Origin: Chlorokybus atmophyticus
Taxonomy: Eukaryota > Plantae > Mesostigma and Chlorokybus algae
Length of the DNA stretch: 64,000 nucleotides
Direction: 5' to 3'
NCBI GenBank assembly: GCA_009103225.1
Contig: RHPI01002533.1
Coordinates: 771,368 to 835,367 of the forward strand
Part shown: piece by piece, positions 1 through 12,900 of the stretch
Layout of the letters: the number at the start of each line of letters is the position of its first letter
Position numbering within the stretch: the stretch's first letter is position 1
The notes under the pieces: model-generated
What the model saw: only the letters and a program-made list of their open reading frames with translations
Database searches by the model: none
What the model was told of the DNA's origin: nothing
Program-made: the position numbers and the translations under genes

Positions 1-653
1 ATGCCAGCAGCTTGACTAGCAACTGCCCGTCGGCTGCTTGAGAACCTGGTGTATGCAGAACACAACATTCACCCGCATGCCTCTTGTGTGTGTCACATTG
101 AGCCTGTATGTCCGACACGCAGCCCACACTGGCACACGGCGGTAATAAGCAAACAGGATGTGGTTGTGTGACTCGCTTAGTCCACGAGCAACATGCAGGT
201 GTACATGCATTGGCCTGACACTCCGTCAAGCTGCAAATCCAACGGAGCTTGCAACATTCAAAGCTGCACACTGTCCGTGTGATGCGGCCGCCTGCTGCTA
301 ACCAAAGCCAGCCAGTGGACCGCACAAAGCACTGCTGCATGCAAGTGACACTGCTGTGCAGCCAACTGTGTACTTGAGATGCATGCACGACACATGCAAA
401 GCTCAGACTTACTGCTTGCAGCCTGCTGCTCGATCTCGGTGAACTTGATGAGCAGCCTCAGCGACTGGTTGCACTTGGTCAGCTCCTGTATACGCCTCAG
501 GGCGGCCTGGTGCTCCTCCACAGACACCCCCGCCATCCACACGCACAGGCATGTGCAATCAAGTCACCACCAATCAGCCGTCCACAACATCCACACAAAC
601 ACCGACCACAACAGCCAAATCAACACCATTGACACCCAGAACTCCAACAACAT
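1..653 (-). CDS. Probable 5' part of an unidentified multi-exon gene running off the left edge
   Basis: Minus-strand coding-like segments (EEHQAALRRIQELTKCNQSLRLLIKFTEIEQQAASSKSE, coiled-coil-like) and a candidate ATG at 653, divergent from pICln. No family recognised and exon structure unresolved. Confidence 0.3.
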
Positions 654-702
654 GGCTGCTCTCAAAAATGAGCTAAGCTACGCTTTGTGCATTTTGGCAC
701 TG

Positions 703-732
703 AAAAGCTCAGCTAAGCTTAGCTCAGCTTTT
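703..732. promoter_or_regulatory. 30-bp imperfect palindrome in a bidirectional promoter
   Basis: AAAAGCT-C-AGCTAAGCTTAGCT-C-AGCTTTT with a perfect 14-bp core at 711-724, between two divergent start codons. Function is inferred from position only. Confidence 0.35.
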
Positions 733-796
733 ATGTAAGCTCTCTGCTGTTAGCATAATTCAGCTCAGCGGCGGTGGCGGTGCCGGCGGCGGAGGC

Positions 797-2569
797 ATGG
801 GTCTGGCGGTTGTGGGCGAGCGAGCTGCGGACGGCTCGCTGCTGGCCCACGACGGTGAGGAGGTGAGTGAGCAGGGAGAGATGGGTACTTTGCACGGGCT
901 AGCTGCTTGCATGCTGCATAGCGAGAAGAGGCGGCGGTTGTGGTTGTGTCATTTGACTCTGATCTGTGACACTGGCAATGGCCAGCGTTTGCATATAAAC
1001 AATGCATTGCGAATGCGTCTTGACTGAATGTCAAGCGCAACTCTCACGAGAGAATGTAAGTTTAGTGGTTGTTGCCTAGTCCAACGCGACGGCATTTGCT
1101 CTGTGTTTTACGAAAGTCTGTGCTATTGGTTGACTTTGGAAGGAACAATGCGTCGGTGCATTTACACATATTAACATCCAGGAGACTAGTTGCGCAGCAC
1201 ATGCTTAATGCGCGTTCATGTGGCCTGCAGGTAAGGTTGACGCAGGCGCGCACAACTCTTGTTCTGGGTGACGCCGCTCCATCAGGCTATCTCCACCCCG
1301 GCACGCTCTACATAACCACAAAGTGCGCGTGCAGTTTATCAAATGTTACTCTTTGTATACATATATATCTGAATGCAAGTTATGCAATATGTAACACCTT
1401 TGCATTGACTGAACCTCGATTGTTGTTTGTTTCATGCTGTACAGGCGGCTTGCATGGCTGAGTGACGCCAGCTTGCAAACAGGGTATGCGGTAGACTTGC
1501 GTTTCCTGACAGTTCACGCTGTATCCCGAGACTTGGAGTCTTTTCCGCAGCCATGCATATACGCACAGGTCGTAGTCACCTACCAAGTGATATCCTTACC
1601 GTCACATGTCTAATTGTTGCAAATGTTCAGTCCCATGTTGATCTGCTCTCATGACAGATATACAGCGAAGATGATGAAGATGGCGACATGCATGAGTCGG
1701 ACGAGGAGGAGGTGGATGATGACAGGCAAGGCGCTGCTGCACAGCCACCAGCTGGTGCCAATGGTGTCATGGGCAATGTCACTGGCGTTGCTGAGATCAG
1801 ATTTATACCAGAAGACCCCTCCTTGTGTAAGCAACAAGTGCTGTTTTTCATGCATTGTCAGGTTAACAAACAGCACTGCATTGCTGGAGCTATACTTTCA
1901 ATGGCTCTGAGATCCGAGATTGAACAACTGATGAGACACATGTTGTCTTGTTGTTGGCACGTCATGTGCTCGTGTCGAACTGTCTCGAGCTGCTTGCTAA
2001 CACTGCCTCCTGCTTTTTCGCCTGCACAGTAAACCACATATTTGGTGTGCTTAGCGAGTGTGCCGCTCTCAATCCAGACATGGAAGGTAAAGTTACTTTG
2101 TGAAGTGGACACATATGCCTGCAAACATGCATGTGGTTTCAAACCGAGGCTGCGATGCAATTTGCGTGTGTGTCAATGCTATTGCTTGATGCGCAATGTT
2201 GCTCTTAATGTTTTGCAGAGGATGGTGAAGGAGAGTGGTACTACAATGAGGAGGAGGTAGCGGCGAACATCAGCGAAACTGGCGCAGCTGAATTGGACCG
2301 CTTGGACGGAATGCTGCAGATGCCCTCCAGCCAAGAGTTTGAGCAGGCAAGCCTTAACTTTTGCTGACTGTGCATGTGTGCTCGGGACAAGCATGTTCTG
2401 CGCGTGCACATGTGTGTGTTCGTGTCTCCCTAGCAATTGATTGCCTGGTCGAACGATTGCTGATCATGAGTTCAATGTGGTGCAGCTAGTGGAGAATGAC
2501 CCTGATCGCTTTGAAGACGCTGATGATGAGGAAGACGAGCACCATCACCAGCATCGGCAAGACCCGTGA
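797..2569 (+). CDS. CLNS1A: pICln (methylosome subunit / chloride conductance regulatory protein ICln), multi-exon
   Basis: Spliced exons give PGTLYITTK-RRLAWL, YAVDLRFLTVHAVSRD, acidic stretch, VAEIRFIPEDPS, IFGVLSECAALNPD, GAAELDRLDGML, DRFEDADDE. These match the pICln motif order (GTLYI..RLSWL, ISLHA.SRD, EFRFVP, AMCECQALHPD, LERLEGML, FEDAD). TGA at 2567-2569. Confidence 0.92.
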
Positions 2570-3791
2570 TGCCAGCCGTCACTGCTGGGGTCTGATACGA
2601 AGTGATTGAAGAGGGGTCGGCGTCAGCCAGTAAAAGTCTTTGCCACACTGTAGAGACAGAGCAAATGCAGTCATGCCACCAGGTATGCACATCAGATATG
2701 CACATCTCAGTTTCAGTCTCGGCAGTGGCAGTCTTTGCTACCGCTTGTTGGAATATATGATACTGTGCCTGCAACCCGTCATCTGCGTAAGCAACCAGAA
2801 GTAGCAGTAGTAAGTTGTACTGCTGCTTGGAGTTGCGGTCACAAACAGTTGTACAATGCAGATGTCAAGGGTGTCATGCGCACTAACAACATGTGCAATG
2901 AGCGTGCTTGTACCGAAAGTGCTTTGATTGTCGCCATGGCATGCAACCTGTCTTCATGTCAGCTCACTGCGCATCCCTTGAAGCACAAGCTTGGTACTGA
3001 ACCAGCGCACAGCACAGTCCATGTACTACTCACTTCTTTGCAAGAAAGTTATTCAACATCACGTCGCAATGAATGCAGTGCAACCTGCACATGATGCAAG
3101 TGCTGTCCTGCGGTTGATGTTGTCCACTGCGCTTGCAAGCCAGAAACTTCTATATCATCCAACCGTAGCTCTACATAGATTTTTCAGAGAAGCGATTCAC
3201 AATCACTTGAGGTCCAGTCTACCGGGTCCCCCACACCATGCAGCGATTGTTGTATGTAACCTGCAATCATTATGGAAGGAGTGAGTGCATGCTGAGCGGT
3301 ATGACAACAATAACACCGTTGTAAAAGACGGCCCATAACCATAACCACCATGGTTGGCAACTGATCACGAACACTTCAGCATGACATGCCTGCTTCGTTG
3401 CTGATGAGTACATGCTGATGACCTGCTGTTCAATCAACCGTGACATGTGCTGAGTTGCCAGGTGCCACGCAATCACAGCAGCTGCTTCATATGGATATTT
3501 GGTACCAGCGCAACAAACTGACTGCATGCTGTGCAAGTAAGATGCGAGAACCATCATCACCGTCATTTACGTTGCAACTATATGCCAGCTATGAACAATA
3601 AGCATTTTGTTTGAAACCGCAGGTTGCAGCAACAAGACGCAGTTCGCGCTCATAGAGGTCATATACAAGCATACTGCCATGCCACCACACATAAGTACCT
3701 TGAGCGGTTTGCCAGCCTTCCTTCCACACACGTGTGCCAACGGCTTGGCTTGGATTCGCCAACTCTGCAACCGTCCACTTGCACTCCATAT

Positions 3792-4914
3792 TCAATCAGG
3801 GTGAAAGTGCCGCAAGTTCTCCTCTGCAGAAACAAAGAAAGGTTAAGCCATCAACTGCAAGCTTTGAACATACACCACACAAAGCATGAGCTGTACCTAA
3901 CCGCCTCGTGTACAAGTCGAGCGTGCTAACAACGGCCTCAAGGTCAACGACCTGCTGGTCTATCTCATCAATCTGCTGTAAGTAGGGCCTGAAAGCATCA
4001 TCTGCAAAACGGTGCAGTCTGCATCAACACATGCACACCTGTACGCACACATGCGTGTGTGATATGCACATGCGCACATACGCACACAGACAACGCACTC
4101 TTCTGGCGCAGTTTGTTGAAGAACACGCTCAATCCGGCGGCAAAGTCCCCAAGGTCTTCGTACTTCTTGGCAGCAATGTTGTTCATGTCCTCTAACAATT
4201 GCAGCTCGTTGAAGCCAGCTGCACCACCGCGGCATTGATAGGAAATCAATCAGAGGAGAGACACGGACTATGTGCATTCAAACAGCAACTACAGAACCAA
4301 ATCGGTCCCTGCACTGCCTCTCAAGCCTTGTGTGTCATGTTGATATGCACCGCTGACACAAACAAAACGGTGACATCCATTGCAGGGGTTTTCAGGGTGC
4401 TATCAGTATCTGGCAGCGTGTACTGTGGGCATCTCTTTTGCACAGGTATGCAGGTTGTTACCAATGTAGCTAACTGGAAGAACCGAGCTGACTGACATGT
4501 GACACAATACAAAACCAAAGCACAGCACACACGACCATAGGAAGTAAGAAGACTCTTGCCATTCCACAAGAAGATTTGCCTGCAAACAGGCGTGCAGAGC
4601 AGTCGCCTACAGACGCAATACTGTCGGCTGACACTCGTGCACAAAGACTACAATCACAACATACAACGTTGACAACCAAGCTTTCGGTGCGTCAAGCAAT
4701 GCCACAAGCACCCGAGGACATATTCCCTCAAACTTCAACCCTCCAACACATCATGCTGCCAACCTCTGAGCTCGCCGTGCACGACCTTCGCGACCGTCTC
4801 CATGAGCGCCTTGCCGACGCGGGCGAGCTCGTCGTCCGGCCGGTGCAGCACCGCAGCCCCGTCCAACTCCTCTCCCTTCCCCGCCTCCCCCTGCGCCGCC
4901 GCCGCCGCTGCCAT
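3792..4914 (-). CDS. BLOC1S2: BLOC-1 complex subunit 2 (BLOS2), 4 exons
   Basis: Exons translate to MAAAAAQ...VHGELR/AGFNELQLLEDMNNIAAKKYEDLGDFAAGLSVFFNKLRQK/DAFRPYLQQIDEIDQQVVDLEAVVSTLDLYTRRL/EENLRHFHPD*, with canonical GT-AG junctions. Matches BLOC1S2 (GEL..LLE.MN...KY, PYL.QI..IE.QV..LE). Confidence 0.9.
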
Positions 4915-4982
4915 GGCCTGGCCTGGTTACAACACTTAGACACCTAGTCAAATCCTAGACCACAAGCTCCAGGCTCGTGTGC

Positions 4983-6766
4983 ATGGCGGCGTCGGCGGCG
5001 GTGCCGTTGGCGGCGTTGGTAGGGAGGCCGCCGACGCAGGTCGTGCGAGCCTCAGGCTGCGTGGTTTCTTCCTCGTCTAGGAGATCTACAGCGCTGCCGC
5101 CATCAGCTTGGAAGCCGCAAAGCCAGGCCGGCCTGCTTGCGCGCAAGGGGCAAAGGCCTGGAAGGTTGCGGGCATGCTCAGCTGGCTTAGCAGGTGAGGA
5201 GTTTGTAAGTTCGTAAGCGTTCACCATCTACTGAGCTTGAAGAGAACATCGCGTCACTTCATCACAGCAGCGCTTGCGCCAGGCTGTTGGCAGGTGTGTG
5301 CTGTGGTGTGCTGTCTTGAGGGCGGGCGTGTCAATTGTGAAAAAGATGTTCACAAGATTGACTATCCAAGCGAACAAGATTTACAGGCTGCGCAGGTTAC
5401 TCAGCCTGTTGATAGTGCCCAATTGGAGAACGAAGTCTTTGGGTGCGGTGTCTAAGTTTACCCCATTGTGATTGGGTAGTTTGATTAAGCTGATCCCATC
5501 GTGATGACGCGGTGCTACGCTGGTGTAGCCTGGCGACAATCATCAGCGCGTGCATGCACGTGATGAGCACAAACCAATTGCCTACCACTCGTCCTGTGCG
5601 TGAGCAGCCTTATTTGGGGTAGCAGCAAGTACAGTCGACTAGTGGTGTGCAGTCTGGCGAAGTCATTGTCCGAGCCTGTACAATTAGCTGGCACAAAATG
5701 CCAACAACAACCAGAGCGCATTGTGTAGACTTGTATATTGTTTCTTTTCTGGATGCGCTTTGACGGTCATGCGGGCAGCCGGTTGCGGTGATTTGCAGAG
5801 ATCCACTGAGTGCAAGCGTCGCTCTCCAAACAGGCTTTAGTGATGAGAGCGGCGAGGATGGCGGGGACAGCCCGGACTGGTCTGCGGAGGCTCAGAGGCT
5901 GAATTCTCTGTTGAGGCCGAGCTCAATAAACGGCACTGAGCTACGGTATGGCGGCTGCGATCATGTTTACGTATCCTGAAGTTGGCAGCAGCATGTTTGG
6001 GGACAAGCTGTTGTTAAGGCAATGTGTTCAGTAGTCTGTTCACTGCAACTATTTATCGCTCAGGCAGCTTGTCAAGGAGAAGTACGGGAGGAGTTACGAC
6101 GTGAGGTTATGCAAGTTTAGTGGAGTGTTCTACTTACAGGTTAGCAGTTGCTGCGGCGTGTCAGGCTGATGGTACAGCGTTCTGTTCAGGTCTTACTAGC
6201 ATATGCATACACATATTCGTGTGTGCGTGTGTGCATGTGTGCATGCTGGCGTGCATATGTACGTGTCATCCTGATTTTGCGTTGCTGGCAGCCATGCTCT
6301 TAACTTGACCATGTTGATGCAGATAATGTGGCGCTTTTTGGAGCAGAAGTCATTCCCGCTGACGGTAAGTGAACACTTGTACATGGAGAACCGCTGTGCG
6401 TACGTACATGGTTTAGCTTGTCTTATCAATATCTGCTGTTTCCAGGAGCAAAGGTACCAAGATCAGTTGGATGCAGTTGCCGAGTACATCACAGAATGGG
6501 GCCTCGCAGACAAGTACGCGGCTGCAAAGTCAACTGTGCTTGGCTGCTGCTTTTGCCCAACTGTCCAGTCTCTCTATGGTGGTCTGCATATGATAGAGAC
6601 CCTTAAGCAATGCTTTTTGTGTCTTTCTTGCAGGGTGCGTGAAACCATTATCAACACGAAAGAACGGCCGAGAGTTAATGCTGGCAATGCCAAAGCGGTT
6701 TCCATTCGCTTGGATGTCGCGCATGGCAGTAGTGGCAGGGGATCGGAATGGGATGATTGTTTCTAA
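4983..6766 (+). CDS. DUF3067 family chloroplast protein with N-terminal transit peptide
   Basis: Ala/Ser/Arg-rich first exon. Later exons give LVKEKYGRSYDVRLCK, IMWRFLEQKSFPLT, EQRYQDQLDAVAEYITEWG, VRETIINTKERPR..KAVSIRLDV, GRGSEW*, the plant/cyanobacterial DUF3067 pattern. Confidence 0.8.
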
Positions 6767-7205
6767 TGCTTATGTAGGTTGTTCTGTGCTAGATAAGGTA
6801 ATTGCAGTAATTGGCAAGATATGATGTTGTCTCCTGCCTCACAAGCGCCCGCGTCTGTCTGTGGAAAGGCTTGCGATGTGCGCATGGCTTAGCGCTCATT
6901 GTTCGGCCAAGGCATTGAGCATTGAGATCGACAATCATAACCAACTTTGGTTGTGCATTCAATGCTTGCAACTGTGGGAGGCAATACTGGTTGCTACTAA
7001 CTGTGGATAAGGTCACACTGCCTCTGTTTGCACATGCAGATCAAGCAGTTCGCCAAATGGTTGCAAACATTGCGACAGTTTGTGTGCACGCCAAGGGGCA
7101 AGTGCTCTTAGTTTTACCTAGTACACAGTACCTGGCACTATCAACGCGGAGTTGACGAAGGACAAGTACTGCTGTACAAAGCGCAGCTAGTGGTTTACGT
7201 GCGTA

Positions 7206-9334
7206 TTAGCCACGCAGCCTCCCTACAAGGTTTACAAACAGGCTGTATACACTTGAGTAGCACATCAACAAAACATCGCATGTCAACTGAAAGCGTTTCT
7301 TCTCTCCTGTTTGGGCATTGATTGGCACCAAAAGAGTAGCTTCTTCACCCTCACCTTTGCGCTCTGTCTGTGTGCCATTACGTTCAGTGAGCGCTTGCAT
7401 CTGCGTGCAAAGAGTCAAAGCGTCATGGTTCTGATGCACCATTGCAATGCTTGATTGTCGCACCTTTGTCAGAAGCCATTCCCGTTCATGAGGGAGCATT
7501 CGAGATGACACGCGAAAGCCCTTGATTTTTGTGGGATGGATTTCGAGGCGCAATGGCGTCTTGGTCTCAAAGTCCAGCTCCAACATGTACGCAAAACCTG
7601 CAATGTCCTGTAAAAACATAGACTTTCACTTGTACATTGCTTTTTGCAAGACTTCTCGCCCACCCAGGTCGTTGCGATACTCGTCGTCCACGGCATAGTC
7701 ATCTACAAAGTCCCCGGAACCGTACAGTATGGGCTTGCCCAGGTATATCTCCACCCCCTGCAGCACGCAAAGGTAAGTGTTTACAGCATGCGCACAATCA
7801 CACCAAAGCTCACTGAGCTTTGGTGTGATTGATTGATCTGCATGGCATGCGGATCAATCTGATTACATACCGAACACAGATCAAGCACTGCCAACTGACC
7901 TGCACATGGTGCGAAGAGTGTTCATGGACGATATCTGCTCCTGCCGCTACCATTGCACGCGCGAGTGCCCTTATGGCGTCACTGGGCTCCCAATCATAGT
8001 TGGGACCCAAATGGAATGAAACTACAATCAGTGACGCACCTTCAGTGCGAGCAGCCTGACGTACAATAGGTTAGAAGCAAAGACGCAGCATAGCAATGTG
8101 GTGCTGCGCTTGCCTCGAAGTCCTGCCTTAAGTTCTCAATGTCGTCATGCCTGGCGTGCTCAGGTGCCAGATAGTTTACCCCAGGCGTGTCTGCTCCAGC
8201 CGCCCACTCCCTGGACATGGACAGAGAATCCAAAAGCAGGCATGCTTAAGTGCTGTGCAGCGTGAGGCAACAGACCTGGGATAATCTGAAAGCTGAAGCA
8301 TGCTACATGCTTCCCAGCAACTTGCACCATGGCCGGCCGGCGTGCTTCACTGGCGTTGCTGCCGCACCCTGCGTGGGCGATGCCCGCTTCATTGAGTGTG
8401 CGTAAGATGTCAAACATGCCTCTGGAAACTCGACAATCAGCCACGCCGCAAAGGTGTACCTAGCCAACTGTTTGAAGCTTGCAAGGCATTGAAGTACCCT
8501 CTTCATTGAGGTCAAGGACGTGGTTATTTGCAAGGCTGCAGTAACCCACCTGCACAAGTGTAACACCGAGACAGGTGATGCGAATATGATACTACAGCTG
8601 CGTTGGTTCGTCGCACATGCTTGCTGTAATGCACGAACACATAGCGCATGCATGTGGTACAGCAACAACTAGCGCGCGTGCCTTTGCCAGTTGCAGTGCT
8701 TTGACATTTCTCAGGGTGCATCCTGTAGTTGAAGGCTTTGCGCGGCCACTTTACAGGGTGGGCCGTTGCGGATGTCTTAAGGTTGATAATTCTCAGATCT
8801 GCCGTGTTGAAAAGCCTCAACGTGTCGCCCAACACGTAATGGTATGGACTGCGAGCAATGGGCATGACCTATGAGTAGCACTGTACCAGCTGTGTTTGCT
8901 TCACTGACAAGATAGCAACCGCACTCCATGCAAGAACATCAGCGACAAACAGGCACAGGCGTGCTCTGCGTCACTAGTGCAGAAAGCTCCACGACAACGA
9001 CAGAGGCACCTATGCAAGCCCGCACGCAAGTACCTTTTTGATCGCCTCAACTCAGCCGCACACTGCGGCTACAGAGCCAGCCAGCCCTGCAAGCGAACGC
9101 AAGCCCATGCCAAGATCAACTACAGGACACTAGCATTGCAAACTGGCTTCACCATAACGCTCTTCTTGCCTGAACATGCAGGCGGTTCCTATCGTCTTTA
9201 TTGTGCACAGGCATGAGCTGGTCTACAAGGCGCCCCAGCATGACGTCACCAGCCAGCAGCACCTTGGTCGTGTTGGGTGGCGTGCTGCCAGCTGGCGCTT
9301 GAGCGTCCGCAATAGCATGAGCTGCTGACGCCAT
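7206..9334 (-). pseudogene. CapA / PGA_cap (poly-gamma-glutamate capsule synthesis, metallophosphoesterase-like) homolog, frameshifted
   Basis: Motifs VLLAGDVMLGRLVDQ, IINLKTS, KAFNYRMHP, YCSLANNHVLD, WGPNY, GADIVHEHSSHHVQGVEIY, PILYGSGDFVDDY. An extra A (TTT at 8707-8709 on +) breaks the frame between MHPE and NVKALQLAK. The true start may lie further upstream (~9637). Confidence 0.75.
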
Positions 9335-9876
9335 GCCTCGCAGGCGAACTTGCTTTGTGGGTGGGTGTTGTGGCACAAGCTGGACTGAGATGTTCAGTCT
9401 GCTGTGACCCAAGCTTAGCTAGGTGCCATGATTGCATGCACACAATGTGGTGCGCTAGCTACAGTTAGCACATATGCTGCTAATGCTCAGGGAGCGTCCA
9501 TGCATGCAATGCTTTCGAGATGCAACTGAAAGCAATACCGACGTTGCATTCAGCACCAAAGCTCCCAACACATGACCTGCGACGTGCTGGCTTACAGGCG
9601 CAAAGGAGGCCTTGTCAGGACTTGTCATGCATGCCATTCATCCTGCCAACACCCTGGCCACCCCCGTTCCACCAAACAACGGCAAAGCAGTGCTGCCGCA
9701 GCACACCGCCGACGGGCGAAGCCGACATTGCACACTCTGCCGTCACGCAAAGAAGGATATCTGCTCCGAACGATAGGCCTGACGTGTGACACTCTTCAAT
9801 CAAGCAGTGCCACCGTCCGACGTGGCGGCGACTTGTGTTGCTGACTCCTGCCAGCTGGCAGGTTCAGAGCTGTAGA

Positions 9877-9903
9877 TTTTAGGGTTTGGAGCTTAGGGTT
9901 AGG
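9877..9903 (+). promoter_or_regulatory. Telo-box-like elements upstream of ASCC3
   Basis: TTTTAGGGTTT (9877-9887) and TTAGGGTTAGG (9893-9903), 60-90 bp upstream of the ATG. AAACCCTA telo-boxes are known in plant translation-gene promoters. Confidence 0.45.
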
Positions 9904-9966
9904 TTTGGGGCTTGGCAGCGTGCTGTTGCTTCCGGCAGTGGTGTGGGCGGCGGTGTGGGCGGCGTC

Positions 9967-12900
9967 ATGGGGGGTCCTCCGAGGCTGGCGCCTCGCCTGA
10001 CAACCATGCTGCGGGCTCGCCAGGGCGGGCACCTGCTGGATCCGGATGCGGAGCTGATTGCCAGGCAGCGGGTGCTGGCCAGAGTTGCAGCAGGAGCTTT
10101 GTTAGGGAAGAAGGGCGCCCGCTCCGAGGTTGGCACGTCCGCACTTGCTCGCAAGCTTTTCCCGTCGTGGCAGAAGGTAAAGCAATTCTGGCATGCGTGT
10201 TTGTGTTTAGAATGGTGTTACAGAAGCCCCCAACAGGTTGGTGCTTGCATGCAACCCGAATCATTGGCAGCCCGTACTCGGATTGGAAACCATGCAGCTC
10301 AGTTCCACAATCTGGCAACGCAGCGTTTGCGACATGTTGGTGTTCGACGAAGTGTATTGTTATGATGTTTTAGTTTGCGTCGAGGTAGTGCACGATGTTG
10401 GCCCAGGACAACTGCATGTTGTAGTGACAGCGCAGGTTTGGTGCTCACTTTACAACGTTACACTGCTCGTACACCATAATTTGCAGTGCCGCGTATGCTT
10501 GATAACGTACAAACAGCATAATCAACATGCATGTCAGCACTGGCGATGCCATTGTCTGTGTGCAGCCTTGCCAGTACATGCTGGTGCAGCATCTTAAGCA
10601 ATGTTCGCTGGTTTGTATTTGTATGCAAACAGGCTCCAGCGGACGCCAAACGAACATACGAGCAGTACCTCACAGCTGTGGGCGGCGCTGCTGATGGCGA
10701 GCTTCAAACTGAAGAACTGCACGACATAGCTCTGGTTGTATATGATGCGCTGAGCACGGTGTCCAGTGAACAAGTTGACACAGAGGACTCGACAGTTCGT
10801 GTGGAGGCCTTGCGCATAAACAAGGCTAAGCAGGAGGTTGAGAGCGCATGCGCGGCCCACGTTACAGACTCTCAGGTTCCTGCAGCGCACTGCTTGTTGG
10901 TTCACGAATGAACACAATATATGCAATAAATATGCTAACAGTGCCTTCATATGTGCAGGCGCGGTCTTTGCTGCAGCTGGTCAAAGACCTGCAGCATTGG
11001 AGAGAAAAGCTGCGGGTGGTTGAGAGCTCAGGTTTGTGCGCATGCTCGCCAAGGGATTATACTATTTGCAGATATGCACCTGATGATCCCCTTGCAGATG
11101 CTGTACAAAGCAATCCAGTTGCGCTTGAGTTTGGTGCGGACATGGAGTTTCAACCTCCACGCTACACTGAAGCAATGGACTTGTCGGACTCAGACATGTC
11201 AGACGATGAAACACCCCCTGCTACTGACACTGGCTGGTCTAATGGTTCCACCTACGCCCTTCCTGCTCAGCCTGTTACGCTGGACGAAGCAGAAGGCAAT
11301 GGCAGTGTGGTGGACTTGCATTGGTTGAAACGGAGATGCGATGCTGTAGCACGAAATGGCAATGCTAGTGGGCAGCTGCTGGGCGATGATCTTGCTCTAG
11401 GGGTTTGCAGGTTGCTGGAGTCCTCTCGCACGGGTGATGAGGTGTGTTCTTGCTTACTGGGCTTTGCACACATTGTAACTGTCTGGTGACCTTGACATCG
11501 ACCACCTGCTTGGCATATTAGCAGACCAAGTACGTCACACTGTCATGCACAACTGTTGTTGGTATTGCGTTGCTCACTCATCATCATCATGACAGATTGC
11601 CAGCGAGCTGTTCGATCTTATGGGCGACTCTGCATTTGAAATCATTGAGGATTTGCTGAAGCATCGGGAGGCCCTGGTAGCAGCACTTAAGCGCAGCCTC
11701 AATGCAGTTAGAGAGCGAGAAACGCCAATGGGTTATACTCAAGTGAAGATGCCATCCTACGGCAGTCAGGTGAGATGACAAACCAAAACTGCAGCTTAGC
11801 TTCGCCACTTGGCGTTACTAGCTATCTCATTCAAGTTCTTCAGGGTTGTTCATCTAGACCAGCATGCGCAGCAAGTCTTACTGCTGCACGCTCAGGCACT
11901 GCAGTGACACACAACATGCCTAATCACCTGCCATATGAATCCCTGTACAACCGCATGACACCGGCACGTTGATGGCAGGTGACCGTGCAAACTGAGTCAG
12001 ATAAGGCACTTGACAAGCTCAGGCGTAAGGAAGCCAAGAAAGATGCCAAGCGTACAGCAATGAATGGTACCATAGTCTTGTGCTTTTGCGCCAGGCAGTA
12101 CTGGCATACTGCATGCATCGCTGAGCTGCATCGCTGAGGTGGCTGTTTGCAGCGAAAGAGGGCATTCAGTCGGACATACCCTCTGCGGTGGCGTTTGACA
12201 GGTTGCTAGCTCATGATACAGCTGAAGACGAGCGTTTCGCGGGCATCCCGTTCAATGCAGGAGATGGAGCACTTGGGTCTCTCGGCCCAGTCAAGCTGCC
12301 CAAGGGCACTGTCCGCAAGCAGCACAAGGGCTATGAGGAAGTGTTTGTGCCACCAGTGACTACCAGTGCAACTGTTCAAGACAAACTGGTTCAGATTGCA
12401 GAGCTGCCAGACTGGGCGCAGGTTGGGTTTTGAGCCATGCGTGTCCTACTGCATGGATTGCTGTCTCGTGGTGCATATCCGTGCTGTAGGCTTGCTCTGC
12501 CTCTTCTCTTAATCCAATTCCTGCTGGAAGCTTACGCTGTTGGTGTCGCTAAGTGATTGCACTTCGTGTTGCATAACTGCCTCGTAACTGCTGACCTTAA
12601 ATACCTTGCAGTCCGCGTTCGCTGGTTACAAGACCTTGAATCGTATACAGAGCCGCATCTTTCCAGCAGCCTTCAACACGAACGAGAATCTGCTAGTGTG
12701 TGCACCCACTGGTGCTGGCAAGACCAACATTGCCATGATCTCCATTCTGCGAGAGATTGGGCTGAACACACACCATGGTCTTCTTCACAAGCAGGTGCGT
12801 AGCTCATCGTGCTGTGTTGGGAAATGATAGCGTTTGCGTGGTACTGTGGCATACCAGCTTCAGTGCACAACCAGAAGTTTGTTTTATCTCTGCTTGAGTG

